A stretch of 60,706 bases of DNA from an uncultured Bacteroidia bacterium (GCA_937936615.1 CALDDN010000015.1:1-60706); one strand, 5' to 3'; counted from the first letter of the stretch, positions 7,651 through 18,557 are shown. Program-made: numbers and translations. Notes: generated by a model not told the origin, from the sequence alone.

Positions 7651-10600
7651 TTATTCGATTAAAAGTCGTTGCTGCAACTGATGTGTGGCCGAATAAATCC
7701 GTAGCACATACAGTCCTGCTGCAAACCCTGAAGCGTCTACAGCTAGCATCGGCTCGGTCTCGCTAGCCGTCCAGCGCAAAAGCTCACGCCCTCGCACATC
7801 GATGAGCACCAGCTCAACCGGGCCTTCACCGAAACCTGCCCACTGCACTGTAAAACGTCCGCGGTTGGGATTGGGGTATACGACCACCTGCGGCCGATCA
7901 CCATGAGGCTCGAAACCTTCGCGACTCGTAAGGGTGCGGGCTTCGAGGGGTTGCGTCCAGGCTGAACGGTCGACACCACAGACAGCCTGCACCCGCACCT
8001 CGTAACTGCGGCCCGACTGCAGGTTGGTGATTGTATAGGAATTGGTCGTTGGCGCGTTGATGTTGACAGTCGTCCAGTTGACCGAAGAACCGGCTAGCCG
8101 CCAGCCCACCGTGTAGCCTGTTGCTGAAGTCATCAGGTTCCAGCTCACCACCAAGCGGTTAGTGAAGGCTCGTGCCAGCAGTAGGTTGGTCGGCGTATCG
8201 CACAGGCCTGCCGTACTGAAAGCCGACACCGCTGCATAGGTCGAAACAACCGTTCCTGCACAGCGGGTGCGTACCCGCGCCTCGTATTCGGTCAATGGGG
8301 TCAGCCCTCCGATGCTGATCTGCACTTGATTGGTAAAAAGAGTTGTCCAAGCCGTCTGTTTAGTAGCACGGTACTGCACTTCGTAATCGACGGCACCAGC
8401 TGCGGCGTTCCAACTGAGCGTAAAGCTCTGGCGTGTAATGTTGCTCACACGCGGGTTGGCAGGTGCGGGGCAAGGCTGTGGCTCAACGGGAGCCGATCCC
8501 GTCGAGAAACGGCCTTCAGTAAAAGGCGAGGTGATGGGATCGCACAGTGTAACGATCCGGAACTCGTACTCGGTCAGCGGCAGCAGGTTGATGAGCTGGA
8601 TCGAATTGGTGGTCAGACTGCTGATCTGGGCAGCATCCCACGAAGCGTTGCCTTGCCGTGGACGCCAGAGCACGCGGTAACCGACAGCCTGCAGGACGTG
8701 ATCCCAGCTCAGTACGGCCACCCGCGAGCCGGTCAGGATACTGACGTTGCGTGGGGCCGGGCATTCGAGTGTAGTGCGGAACGAACGGGAAATCGTCCAG
8801 CTCGTACGGCGGCCTTCGCTGCAGTAAGCCCGCACCTGATAAGCGTAAATAACATTGGGCCTCAGGCCGCGCAAGCTGTAGCGGGTTCCCGAAGTTGTAT
8901 CAACGTTCCATTCCGTCGAACCGGCAGGCAGCCATCGTACTTCATAATAGAGAGCATTGGGCAAGGCCACCCACTGCAGGACCGCTGAAAAGTCGGTGAT
9001 GTCCACCACCTGAACGGCAGGCGGAGTGATGCAGTCGGGGTCGTTCTCGTTGTACTGCGTAGCCAAAACGGTATCGACCCACGTTGAGAATTCACCCGCG
9101 CACTGAGTAGCCAGACGAATTTCGTAGAAGGTCGCGGGATTGAGGCCTGAAAGCGTTGCGTTAAGCTGGGCCGGGTCGCCGATGCGTACTTCTGTCATGG
9201 CCGACCCCAAACCTTGCTGCCGCCAGCGCAGAATATAGCCTTGCGCTGCCGGTGCTGAAGCCCAGCGCAAAGCCAGCTCCTCGCGACCGCTCGTTACCTG
9301 AACCAAGCGAGGCGGCAGGCAGTTTCCGCTGCGCAACGGCACGGTATCCAAAGGCGAAGGCAACGAAACAAGTCCATCGCTGCAAATCGACTGAACCTGG
9401 ATTCGGTATTGGCCCAAAGGCTGCAGGCCGCCAATGAGCAGCGAGGTCTGCGTTACTTCCTGAAACAGAAGCTGGGGCTGCCCCAGGAGAGCATAACCCA
9501 CGCGGTAGCGCAGAGCAGGTGCCACAGGAAGCCAGCTTAAGCGCAGCTGATTCGAACCGATCTGCTCGGTCTGGATACCCGGTGGAGCAGGACAGGTACT
9601 GGTTGGCAAGGTAGAAGCCGTGTCGCGGGCGGGCGCACCTATCGAATTCTCCGTACAGACAGCCTGCACCCGAAACTCATATGGCGTTTCGGGGAACAGG
9701 TTAGCTACGCGATAATGATATTGTGCAGCCGCTTCGAGGCGAACACGTACCCAAGGGCCGGGCGCATCGATGCGCCGCCAGCTGATGTCAAAGGCTTCCA
9801 CCTGACTTTCGACACGCCACGACAAATCGGCATGGGTCAGACTCATCTGGATACGCAGATCAGAGGGTTGAACACAGGTGCGGTTCACCGTCCGAAACTC
9901 GCGGACGGGCAGAAAATCAGACGAACGCACCGCACTACAAACCGTGCGCAAGCGGTATTCATACAGGATGTTGGGTTCCAAATCTTCAAAATCAACAGAC
10001 AGATCCCGTGTCAGGAAAACCTGCCACTGGCCATCGCCCTGGCCTTTGCGACGCAGGTTGATCTCATATTGCTGGGCGCGAGGCACCGCCTCCCACACCA
10101 GTCGGGCCGACCGGTTGGTCAGATTGGTGATTTCGGAGTTAGCCGGTTCAAGGCAGGCATCGGGATCGGTAGTCGCCGTACTGAAGGGGCCACTCCAAAC
10201 CGATGCATCATCCAGACGGCAGACCGTGCGGATACGCAGATCGACCGCAGTCATCGAATCAAGGCCCAGAATGCGGTAGCTGGGCCGGTCAGCTGGCACG
10301 GTTGCTTCGAACCATGCACCGCCTGCAGAGGGCACCCGCCAGCCGATTTTGTAGCTTAGGGCATCGCGTACCTCGCGCCAGTTGACATCGATAGCAAAAG
10401 GCCCGGGCACTATCGTTACATCGACTGGGCGTGGACAGGCCTTGGGTGTACGGAAACTTGAATCGGGTGAGAAGAGGGACACCCCAGCCCCACACACCGT
10501 GCGTACCCGAACCCGATAATCGGTACCGGGCACCAGATCGAATATTGAGACAGTCGTGCGATCGGGATCGGTAATCGGCTGCTCAAGCCAGCGGCCCTGA

Positions 10601-13600
10601 CGCTGCGAATACCATGCGACAATGTAGCCCGTGGCATTACGCGGCACCTTTTCCCACGAAATCGTCGCGCTGGTCTCCGTAACCGATTCCACCTTCAGGC
10701 GGTTGGGGTTTTTACAGAGCATGGGTGGCTCCTGGATAACGATGGTTCGCGTATCCTGACAGCCGTTACGGTCGGTAACGGTGAGAACGTAAACCCCATC
10801 CTGCAGATCGGTGTACTCGGCAGTCGGTCCTGAAAAATTAACCTGATCGCTGACCAATGTAAAGACATAAGGCGGCGTACCACCACTGGCTGTCGCCGAT
10901 ATGGCACCCGCGAAGCCATCACCGAAAATCTGATCGACCCTAGTTACCTGAAGGGTCGGGCGTGGATGGACAATGACTGTCGATATGCGGGAGCTGCCCC
11001 CGCAGCCCGTCGAATCGCCCACGCTGACGTAGTAAGTATCGGTCTCGGTGGCCACAATGCTCTGACTTCGCTCACCATTCGACCAGAGGTAGCTCGCGAA
11101 GCCGGCCGGTGCGGTGAAGGTAACACTTTGGCCCCGGCAGATTTCGTAATACCCGGTCGTCTGAACAATCGGCTCGAAGGGGCGGCAGTCGCACACCACC
11201 TGGGTATTCTGCATACACACGCGCTGACGGGCTGCCTTTCCGCCGGTAGCTGCCGTAAAGCCCCACCAGACGTTGGGATTGCCCCGGAACGCCAGACCAA
11301 TCAGATCGATGCTATGACTCAGGCGCAGTTCACCATCGAAATAGACCTCAAGGGTGCGGGAAGCCGGTACCCAGGTTATGCGGGCACGGTACGCCCGTCC
11401 GTCCTTGATGCTGCACTGCGTCGGGCTGGCATCCACTGGCCCAGCTACTGGCTCCGAAAGCTTACCGTTCAAATTGATTGCGATGTGGTCGCATTCGGGG
11501 TCGTAGCTGTTGCTGAAAATATCGAACTCGATCCCTACCGAATTAGGCATGTCGGCATAACCCATACCACCACCTGAAAGCCCCAGAGCATCGGTGCCGA
11601 TTCCCTGCAGAACGAATACAATGCCGTCGGCTCCATCGGGGTTATCGCCAAACTCCAGATCAAAACTGAAGTCGAAACCACTGTTCAGATTCAGCTGCTT
11701 GCGGTTCCAGATAGCGGCGTTTTGGAAATTGCCCAAGCCTTCGGTCAGGGTAGCACAGGCGGGCGATTCGATACGGGCTGTACCTCGTGCTACGAAGTCC
11801 GATTCGATCTGCGTTCCACTGGCCGGTTCAACGATTACCGTATCGGCAACGAACTCGCAGCCGTTTTTATCTACGATCCTAGGTTCGTACTTATCGGGCT
11901 GAAGGAAGGGATAGATGCCGTGGATATTTTTGTATTCATTCAAATAATAGTTGTAGGGGGCAATTCCACCCACTCCTTCCAGTACGATGTTCCCGTTTGC
12001 CGAATTAGGGCAGGTTTCATTGGTTTTGTAAATCTTGACATAAAGTGAGTCGGGATCACGCAAGCCCGAATCGAATTCATGTATGCACCCTCGCGCATCA
12101 CGGATGTAAAACACGTTGTCGCGACCGCGCAATCCGGTGTAACGGGCTGTCGAATCCCACGTTGTACCATCACGGGAATAGACATAAGGCCCCGTGCCGC
12201 CAAAAGCCGTAAAAGCCACTACACCCAGCGTATCGCCAAAGCAGCGGTTGTTAAGCAGCTGCGTCAGTACAGGTCGGATGGACTCGGGGCGGGGAATCGA
12301 CAAGTTGTTGAGAATGGCCGCGCAGCCATTAGCGTCGAGCACCAGCAGCGAGTATGACCCGCCCCGCACCCCAACCAAATTAGGGGTACGAGCTTCGTTC
12401 GACCAAGTCCAAGTGTAAGGTTCTACCCCACCGCTGGTGCTGGTGTAGATGGCACCGTCGGGGCTAGTAGGACACAGGGCAGCACGGGTCGAATCAACGC
12501 GAACAAGCAGGCTCTCGGGTTGAGTGATTCGAATCGAGTCCCGAACCACACGACAACCGCGCTCGTCGGTTACCGTGAGACTGTAAAGACCCGCTGAGAG
12601 ATTCGGGTTAACGGCATCCGACGCACCGTTGCTCCAGCGATAGCGGTAGGGGAACAAGCCTCCCCGTACATCGACGGCAGCCAGACCGCTGGACTGACCG
12701 TGGCAGCGGACTGGCCGCGTGATTACCTGATCGATGACCGGTCGCTGCAGAAAGAGCGTGGGCAGGGCTGAAGTCTCGATCGAGCAGCTGCCGGCCTCAA
12801 TCCGTACACTGAAAAAGCCGGCTTCGCGAGCTTCATAGGCCGAACCGGTAGCTTCTGGAATGGGGCGTCCGTTACGCAGCCACTGGTAGCGAGCATCGGC
12901 CACGTCGTCCACAAAGAAGCGAACCAGGCCACCTTCGCAGGCAATCAGAGAAGTGCTGGAACGCAGGCGAATGCTGCTCAGCCGTGGTGGCAGAACAACA
13001 ACCGGTTCGGAAGTTCGCTGGCAGACGATACTTTGGCCGGTGGCGGTATCTACTTCAAAAATAAGCGAGGTAATGAGGGTGTAGCTCCCAGGTTGGTCGA
13101 CCGCGAGTTCAGCGAAGTTGGCTCCTGAAATGAACTGATTGTCGCGACGCCATTCGTAGCGCGTGCGCGGCGGAGTCGGTACCGAAGCCAGCTCGATGGG
13201 CTGGCCGGGACACAACTCGACTGGTCCGGCGGGAACGACGGTAGCTGGGGGAGCCGGAAAAAGACGCACCCGCACGGGTTCACCGATCTCCGATTCACAC
13301 AGCCCATCGAAAACCTGCAGGCGGTAGCTACCGCTTTCGGTGATGCGCAAGCGGCCCTCAGGGCCTGAAAGATAGGGCTGTCCATTACGGAACCAGGTAT
13401 AGTTCGAAGCCCCCTGCTGCTCGGCCAGCAGGGTCAGATCGGCGTTGCTGCAAAAAGCCAGGTCATCCTGAAGGCTCAGGATACGGCCCGAAGGCCGCGA
13501 ACGCAGAATGACTTCAACTTTTTGAGAGGGGATGAAGCAGGCCGCCGCCGAAGAAGCAGGGGAAAAATACTGGACACTCCAGAGTCCCGGACGATCGACC

Positions 13601-16600
13601 TGCAGCTCGGGCTGCTCGGTGATGCGAAAGACCTCGTCCTGATAAATCCAGCGGTAGCGTACCGCCGGGAGCGGAGATGTAGCAAGAGTCAAAGTGCTGC
13701 CCTCGCAAAACTCTGCGGGCACGGGTGCTACAATGGGTGTAGATTGGTTAGGCAGGAAGGTAACGGCTACCGAATCAGAAAAAGCCGAGCAGTTGCCAAT
13801 AGTGGCCCGAAGGCGGTAGAAACCACCACTCGTTGCAAAGAGACTCGCTTCGCGAGCACCCTCAACCGGCTGGCCGTTACGGAACCACTGTAGCTGCTGT
13901 CCTTCCATGACCTCGGCAGTCAAGTGAACAGTTTCACCCTCGCAGGCAGTCAAGCGAGCGGCTGGCGTGGTGATGCGCGGTTCCAGCACATTGACAACGG
14001 TTACAGTATAGACTTCGGAGCGGTTCTCGCAGCCGTCGCGTGTGGCAACAAGCTGGTAGTTACCGGGCTGGTTGGTCGTGTAAATGGGCTGGTTGCTCAC
14101 CTGCTGGCCGTTGCGCAGCCAGCGGTAGGAAACATCGGGTTCGGCTTCGGCGGTAAACGTTATGCTGCTGTTGTTACACAGAACCAGTCCACCATCGACC
14201 CGTACGCGAATAAGAGGCAGTCGGGCGGGCAGCACCCGAACCTCGATGGACTGCTTTTCACACGTCCCATTCGATACAACCACCCAGTAGACACCGGGCT
14301 GGCTGATTGTTAGGCTGGCATCGCGTGCCTCAGTAGGCTGGCCGTTGACAAACCAGCGGTAGGTCAAACCGGGCTGACGAGGAGCTGTCAGGATTATACT
14401 TTCATTGGAACAAATAAAAGCCCCCCCCTCTTCCGATATAGGTTTCGTACTGGTGAGATCGGCGGGTGGCACCTGCCCCTGTTGAATTTGAATGGCAGTT
14501 GCCGTGGCTTCGCAGCGACCCCAGTTTGCACGCAGTGTGTAGCTTCCAGCCTCCGTTGCAACATAAGCCGGTGCTGTGGCATTGGCAATAGCTTGCCCGT
14601 TACGCAGCCACTGCACTCGTAGAGGGCTAGCATCGGCCGGTGCTATGATACCTTGGAGCGGGATACGCGCACCCGGGCACAGAAGCAGCGGAGCTTGGGC
14701 CTGGATACTCACAACGAGGTTGTTCTCCAAACCGATTTCAAGGTTTTCCAGAATCGACTCGCAGCCGTCTTGGTCGACGGCAGTAACCGAATAAGTACCC
14801 GGTGCCAGGTCGGTCAGGCGTGCGGTAGCAGACCCGTTCGACCAAGTGTATCGGATGGGAACGTTAGTGGGACTGGTACCACGCACCTCCAGCACCCCAC
14901 CAGCAGTACAGGTAGCATTGCGCTTCTCGATCACCTGCAGACTCAAATTCTGTTCGGAAGTCAGATCAACAACGAGCTGGTTGGTGCAGCGCGAGTTGTC
15001 TTCCAGCATGACAGTATAGCGACCCGATGCCAGATTCTGAAACAGCCCCGAGGGCTGGGGCTGGCCACCGTTGAGGCGGTAGCGGTATGGAGGTTGACCG
15101 TTGCGGCCCTCCACGCGAATCAAACCATCACGGCGGGCACAGCTCGCTGCCCGCGACTCCAGCAAGGTCAGTTCCGGCCCGAAGACATTGATCTCGTGAA
15201 CGCTTGAATCGACTCCACAGCTGGTGGAGGCATCCTGCACCACGAGTGTTACGTAATAAGTGCCTGCACGAGCAAAGCTGAAGGTTGCGCTCTGACCGAC
15301 CTGCCGCTGGCCGTCGCTGGTATGCCACTGCCAGCCTGTAACCTGACGTGAAGATTCGCCACGAAACGTTACCGGCTGCCCCGTGCACGACGTTGATTCG
15401 GCCTGAATGCGCAGGCGCAGGTTGGACAGGGTGATGTCGCCCGAATAGCCGTAGGAATCACGGGTTCCAAAACCATACACATATGAGATGAAACCCACGC
15501 CCGATGTCAGGGTGTGATCGCCCTGCCGGACGGAAAGGCGAGCATACGAGTACTCAGGCCGACCGGGAACGGGTCTGAATTCGTTAGCAACGGTATTGCC
15601 GTCGATGCGAAAGCTGTTGACGGCCGTAGTCGGGGTGATGATGTTGATGAAATTGTCGTCTATGTTGTCCAGACGAAAACTGTTGATGGTCGTGCTGCGG
15701 ATGGTCATCTGCTCGAGAGGGCTGACCAGCAGCATGAAAGGGTCGCCATAAACAAAGTTGCCTGGGTCGCTGTAGCAGTCGCGGGTATCAAAACCGGCAT
15801 CGCAGCAGCCGCCCCGCGCAAACTGGGCTACCATGATGGGACGGGTTGCGCGAATGTGAATGGGGTCCTGTCGGCGCACATCACGGTATCTGCCGGCCTG
15901 CAGGGTAAAGCGGGTGGCATCGCTCAGCTCGATTTCGGTGTCGTCCTCAGCAGCAAGGATCCGGATGATATCGCCGTCGCGGCGGTTGCGAAATGGCACC
16001 GTGATGTACTCCAAACCCCAGGTCGAGACAGGAAAAAGCTGTTCGAAGAGGTGGTCGCAACGGCCGCAATCGCCTACGTTCGAGCAGCGATTGCCGCCAA
16101 AGACTGCAAAGGGTTTGCAGTCTTCGCGGTTAGCCGATCGAATGATCGTACCTGTAAGGTCGTCCACCCCGTCGCGGCGGCCTTGAGCCTGGTAGGCCTG
16201 ACCAGCGTTGAGGCGAATGGTGTAGCGTTGACGTGCGTTGTTGCCGTTGGCAATATTGGCCGAAGGGATGATCTCGATTTCGGTATTGTTCTGCAGGGCT
16301 ACGATATTGAACTGCGATACGCCCACGTTTTCGGAGGGTGCCCGCTCGTTGTAGCTCAACACGACGTAATCGTCGCGCAGTGCATGGGCGGGCAGCACGA
16401 TGGAGGCATCGGCTGAGTTGATGCGATAGTTCAGGGCATAGACATTGACGGAGTCGCGGGTCGTAATCCGCAAGCCCACGTTGCGGTTCACGTTCGATAC
16501 CGACCCCATGACCAGATTGAAGGGAACCAGAATCTCGGTTGGTACGCCAGCGTTGACCGTAAAGTTCTGCGTCCAGGTTCCGGCGGGGGCATCGATGCGT

Positions 16601-16785
16601 CCCGTGGTATTGACCCGCGAGCTGACAAATACCGATACCTTATCCACGGGGCTGGGAGATCCACCCTGAAAACCGTTATCCCCAAAGACGAGCCAGAACT
16701 CACGTCCCCGGGCATTCAAGCCCTGAGCATGTAGCTGATTTGCAAGCAGATAGAGCGGCAAGAACAGTAGAAGTGCCAGGCGCAT
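7651..16785 (-). CDS. 3044-aa T9SS cargo: IgGFc-binding-like N-terminus, PKD, Ig-like/SprB repeats, legume-lectin-like domain, 10 FN3 repeats, type A CTD
   Basis: Signal peptide; GREFW..F, DHLFEQL.P..TWG.EY, GDP.M; SprB-like GG..PY.Y.WSNG; GADGIVFVLQ/GIEFD/WGFTAATG lectin motifs; FN3 W..V..A..Y...YEVRV..C; CTD VYPNPNRG...GLYVLRI. Confidence 0.9.
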   Translation of the reverse strand: MRLALLLFLPLYLLANQLHAQGLNARGREFWLVFGDNGFQGGSPSPVDKVSVFVSSRVNTTGRIDAPAGTWTQNFTVNAGVPTEILVPFNLVMGSVSNVNRNVGLRITTRDSVNVYALNYRINSADASIVLPAHALRDDYVVLSYNERAPSENVGVSQFNIVALQNNTEIEIIPSANIANGNNARQRYTIRLNAGQAYQAQGRRDGVDDLTGTIIRSANREDCKPFAVFGGNRCSNVGDCGRCDHLFEQLFPVSTWGLEYITVPFRNRRDGDIIRILAAEDDTEIELSDATRFTLQAGRYRDVRRQDPIHIRATRPIMVAQFARGGCCDAGFDTRDCYSDPGNFVYGDPFMLLVSPLEQMTIRSTTINSFRLDNIDDNFINIITPTTAVNSFRIDGNTVANEFRPVPGRPEYSYARLSVRQGDHTLTSGVGFISYVYGFGTRDSYGYSGDITLSNLRLRIQAESTSCTGQPVTFRGESSRQVTGWQWHTSDGQRQVGQSATFSFARAGTYYVTLVVQDASTSCGVDSSVHEINVFGPELTLLESRAASCARRDGLIRVEGRNGQPPYRYRLNGGQPQPSGLFQNLASGRYTVMLEDNSRCTNQLVVDLTSEQNLSLQVIEKRNATCTAGGVLEVRGTSPTNVPIRYTWSNGSATARLTDLAPGTYSVTAVDQDGCESILENLEIGLENNLVVSIQAQAPLLLCPGARIPLQGIIAPADASPLRVQWLRNGQAIANATAPAYVATEAGSYTLRANWGRCEATATAIQIQQGQVPPADLTSTKPISEEGGAFICSNESIILTAPRQPGLTYRWFVNGQPTEARDASLTISQPGVYWVVVSNGTCEKQSIEVRVLPARLPLIRVRVDGGLVLCNNSSITFTAEAEPDVSYRWLRNGQQVSNQPIYTTNQPGNYQLVATRDGCENRSEVYTVTVVNVLEPRITTPAARLTACEGETVHLTAEVMEGQQLQWFRNGQPVEGAREASLFATSGGFYRLRATIGNCSAFSDSVAVTFLPNQSTPIVAPVPAEFCEGSTLTLATSPLPAVRYRWIYQDEVFRITEQPELQVDRPGLWSVQYFSPASSAAACFIPSQKVEVILRSRPSGRILSLQDDLAFCSNADLTLLAEQQGASNYTWFRNGQPYLSGPEGRLRITESGSYRLQVFDGLCESEIGEPVRVRLFPAPPATVVPAGPVELCPGQPIELASVPTPPRTRYEWRRDNQFISGANFAELAVDQPGSYTLITSLIFEVDTATGQSIVCQRTSEPVVVLPPRLSSIRLRSSTSLIACEGGLVRFFVDDVADARYQWLRNGRPIPEATGSAYEAREAGFFSVRIEAGSCSIETSALPTLFLQRPVIDQVITRPVRCHGQSSGLAAVDVRGGLFPYRYRWSNGASDAVNPNLSAGLYSLTVTDERGCRVVRDSIRITQPESLLVRVDSTRAALCPTSPDGAIYTSTSGGVEPYTWTWSNEARTPNLVGVRGGSYSLLVLDANGCAAILNNLSIPRPESIRPVLTQLLNNRCFGDTLGVVAFTAFGGTGPYVYSRDGTTWDSTARYTGLRGRDNVFYIRDARGCIHEFDSGLRDPDSLYVKIYKTNETCPNSANGNIVLEGVGGIAPYNYYLNEYKNIHGIYPFLQPDKYEPRIVDKNGCEFVADTVIVEPASGTQIESDFVARGTARIESPACATLTEGLGNFQNAAIWNRKQLNLNSGFDFSFDLEFGDNPDGADGIVFVLQGIGTDALGLSGGGMGYADMPNSVGIEFDIFSNSYDPECDHIAINLNGKLSEPVAGPVDASPTQCSIKDGRAYRARITWVPASRTLEVYFDGELRLSHSIDLIGLAFRGNPNVWWGFTAATGGKAARQRVCMQNTQVVCDCRPFEPIVQTTGYYEICRGQSVTFTAPAGFASYLWSNGERSQSIVATETDTYYVSVGDSTGCGGSSRISTVIVHPRPTLQVTRVDQIFGDGFAGAISATASGGTPPYVFTLVSDQVNFSGPTAEYTDLQDGVYVLTVTDRNGCQDTRTIVIQEPPMLCKNPNRLKVESVTETSATISWEKVPRNATGYIVAWYSQRQGRWLEQPITDPDRTTVSIFDLVPGTDYRVRVRTVCGAGVSLFSPDSSFRTPKACPRPVDVTIVPGPFAIDVNWREVRDALSYKIGWRVPSAGGAWFEATVPADRPSYRILGLDSMTAVDLRIRTVCRLDDASVWSGPFSTATTDPDACLEPANSEITNLTNRSARLVWEAVPRAQQYEINLRRKGQGDGQWQVFLTRDLSVDFEDLEPNILYEYRLRTVCSAVRSSDFLPVREFRTVNRTCVQPSDLRIQMSLTHADLSWRVESQVEAFDISWRRIDAPGPWVRVRLEAAAQYHYRVANLFPETPYEFRVQAVCTENSIGAPARDTASTLPTSTCPAPPGIQTEQIGSNQLRLSWLPVAPALRYRVGYALLGQPQLLFQEVTQTSLLIGGLQPLGQYRIQVQSICSDGLVSLPSPLDTVPLRSGNCLPPRLVQVTSGREELALRWASAPAAQGYILRWRQQGLGSAMTEVRIGDPAQLNATLSGLNPATFYEIRLATQCAGEFSTWVDTVLATQYNENDPDCITPPAVQVVDITDFSAVLQWVALPNALYYEVRWLPAGSTEWNVDTTSGTRYSLRGLRPNVIYAYQVRAYCSEGRRTSWTISRSFRTTLECPAPRNVSILTGSRVAVLSWDHVLQAVGYRVLWRPRQGNASWDAAQISSLTTNSIQLINLLPLTEYEFRIVTLCDPITSPFTEGRFSTGSAPVEPQPCPAPANPRVSNITRQSFTLSWNAAAGAVDYEVQYRATKQTAWTTLFTNQVQISIGGLTPLTEYEARVRTRCAGTVVSTYAAVSAFSTAGLCDTPTNLLLARAFTNRLVVSWNLMTSATGYTVGWRLAGSSVNWTTVNINAPTTNSYTITNLQSGRSYEVRVQAVCGVDRSAWTQPLEARTLTSREGFEPHGDRPQVVVYPNPNRGRFTVQWAGFGEGPVELVLIDVRGRELLRWTASETEPMLAVDASGFAAGLYVLRIYSATHQLQQRLLIE

Positions 16786-16936
16786 ATAGAAAGGTTAGTT
16801 CAACAGCACGAATTAATCCAGTATAAAAATACGTCAAGGCACCTGTGCATGCAAAATACACGGGGCCGACAGACAATAGTACGTATTTAGCGGTGTAAAA
16901 CTCGTTCCGAACAGCAGGAACTTCCTGCCCATCGCC

Positions 16937-18487
16937 TCAGCCCAAGCCCGCGAGGGTAGCCCGCAGGTTAAGCCGCTCGAATAGCCAGAGGGCCACTTCA
17001 TCGAGGGACACCCGCTCCTGACGCATGCTGTCGCGTTCGCGAATGGTAACCGTTTCGTCTTCCTGGGTCTGCTGGTCGATGGTGATGCAATAAGGGGTGC
17101 CTTTGGCATCCTGTCGGCGGTAGCGGCGTCCGATAGCGTCCTTTTCGTCGTAGTAGATATCGAAATCGAATTTGAGGCTGTTGTAAAGTTTGCGTGCAAT
17201 TTCAGGAAAGCCATCCTTTTTGACCAAAGGCAAAATGGCGGCCTGAAAAGGCGCAACAGCCGGATGCAAGCGCAAGACCGTACGAACATCTGTATCACCT
17301 GAAGCCGTAGGGACTTCCTCCTCGTCGTAGGCGTTGCACAGATGACTCAGAAAGCACCGATCGAGACCAACCGACGTTTCGATGACGTAGGGAATGTAAC
17401 TCTCTTCGGTTTCGGGGTCAAAATACTGGAGTTTCTTGCCTGAAAACTCCGTGTGGCGACGCAAATCGAAATCGGTTCGCGAGTGAATGCCTTCGAGTTC
17501 TTTAAAACCGAAGGGGAACTCAAATTCGAGATCGACCGCCGCATCGGCGTAATGGGCCAGTTTGTCGTGTACATGGATGCGAAGCCGCTCGCGTTTCAGC
17601 CCCAAGATCAGATGCCACTCCAGCCGCTTCAGTTTCCAGTGTTCGAACCATTCCTGCTGGCTGCCCGGGCGCACGAAAAACTGCATTTCCATCTGCTCGA
17701 ACTCGCGCATGCGGAAGATGAACTGACGGGCAATGATCTCGTTGCGGAAGGCTTTGCCGATCTGGGCAATACCGAAAGGCACCTTCAGACGCATCGATTT
17801 CTGGACATTGAGGAAGTTAACGAAAATACCCTGAGCCGTTTCGGGCCGCAGGTACAGTTCGCCGGCCTCGTCTGCGATCTGTCCCAGCTGTGTTTTGAAC
17901 ATCAGGTTGAACTGTCGGACGTCCGTCCAGTTGCGGGAACCGGTTTCCGGGTCGGCGATTTCCAGCTCGTCGATCAGATTTTTGAGGGCCACCAGATCAT
18001 TTGCATTCATGGCGGCGGCCAGGGCATCGGCGGTTTCAACTGCTTTTTTGCCCGGGCGGCAGTTCTGCAGAAAACGTTGATATTCGGGGCTGTCGGGCAG
18101 CCAGCCCTCCTTCTGGGCTTTTTTTTCAGCCTCCTTTTGGGCTTTCTGCTGCTGTTTTTGAATGTAATCTTCGATCAGGACATCGGCTCGGTATCGCTTT
18201 TTGGAATCCTTGTTGTCGATGAGTGGATCGTTGAAGGCATCTACGTGACCCGATGCCTTCCAAACCTTGGGAGCCATGAGGATCGCGGCATCCAGCCCTA
18301 CGACGTTTTCGTTGAGGCGCGTCATGGCCTGAAACCACAAGTTCATGAGGTTGCGCTTCATCAACACTCCCAGGGGGCCGTAGTCGTAGGTCGCGCTCAG
18401 CCCATCGTAGATTTCACTTGAAGGGAAAATAAAGCCGTGTTCCTTACAATGTGAGACGATTTTAGGAAAGATTTCGCCGTAGTTCAT
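16937..18487 (-). CDS. glyQS: Glycine--tRNA ligase (dimeric type)
   Basis: YDYGPLG, SGHVDAF, YLRPETAQGIF, FRMREFEQME, IGRRYRRQD. Confidence 0.97.
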   Translation of the reverse strand: MNYGEIFPKIVSHCKEHGFIFPSSEIYDGLSATYDYGPLGVLMKRNLMNLWFQAMTRLNENVVGLDAAILMAPKVWKASGHVDAFNDPLIDNKDSKKRYRADVLIEDYIQKQQQKAQKEAEKKAQKEGWLPDSPEYQRFLQNCRPGKKAVETADALAAAMNANDLVALKNLIDELEIADPETGSRNWTDVRQFNLMFKTQLGQIADEAGELYLRPETAQGIFVNFLNVQKSMRLKVPFGIAQIGKAFRNEIIARQFIFRMREFEQMEMQFFVRPGSQQEWFEHWKLKRLEWHLILGLKRERLRIHVHDKLAHYADAAVDLEFEFPFGFKELEGIHSRTDFDLRRHTEFSGKKLQYFDPETEESYIPYVIETSVGLDRCFLSHLCNAYDEEEVPTASGDTDVRTVLRLHPAVAPFQAAILPLVKKDGFPEIARKLYNSLKFDFDIYYDEKDAIGRRYRRQDAKGTPYCITIDQQTQEDETVTIRERDSMRQERVSLDEVALWLFERLNLRATLAGLG

Positions 18488-18491
18488 GGCG

Positions 18492-18499
18492 CAAAGTAA
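18492..18499 (-). promoter_or_regulatory. -7 promoter box TTACTTTG, 4 nt before the glyQS ATG
   Basis: Minus strand reads TTACTTTG-CGCC-ATG. Confidence 0.55.
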
Positions 18500-18528
18500 C
18501 CGAAAAAGCCGCGAGGCCCCACCAACGC

Positions 18529-18557
18529 AGAAGCCAGTCCCCGGTGGACTGGCTTCT
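18529..18557. terminator. Stem-loop between sucC and glyQS (terminator-like)
   Basis: AGAAGCCAGTCC-CCGGT-GGACTGGCTTCT, perfect 12-bp stem; no clear U-tract on the coding (minus) strand. Confidence 0.55.

Noticed and set aside
16825-16835. Identical 11-mer GACGTATTTTT (minus strand) upstream of both giant T9SS genes (also 42835-42845) as a dedicated operator
   Set aside because: It overlaps the -7 box, and CG-TAnnTT also precedes EamA, fabD, DUF2237 and the hydrolase, so it is best read as the housekeeping promoter
17950-18170. Charged insertion in glycyl-tRNA synthetase
   Set aside because: A helical insertion at this position is, to my knowledge, normal for Bacteroidota GlyRS
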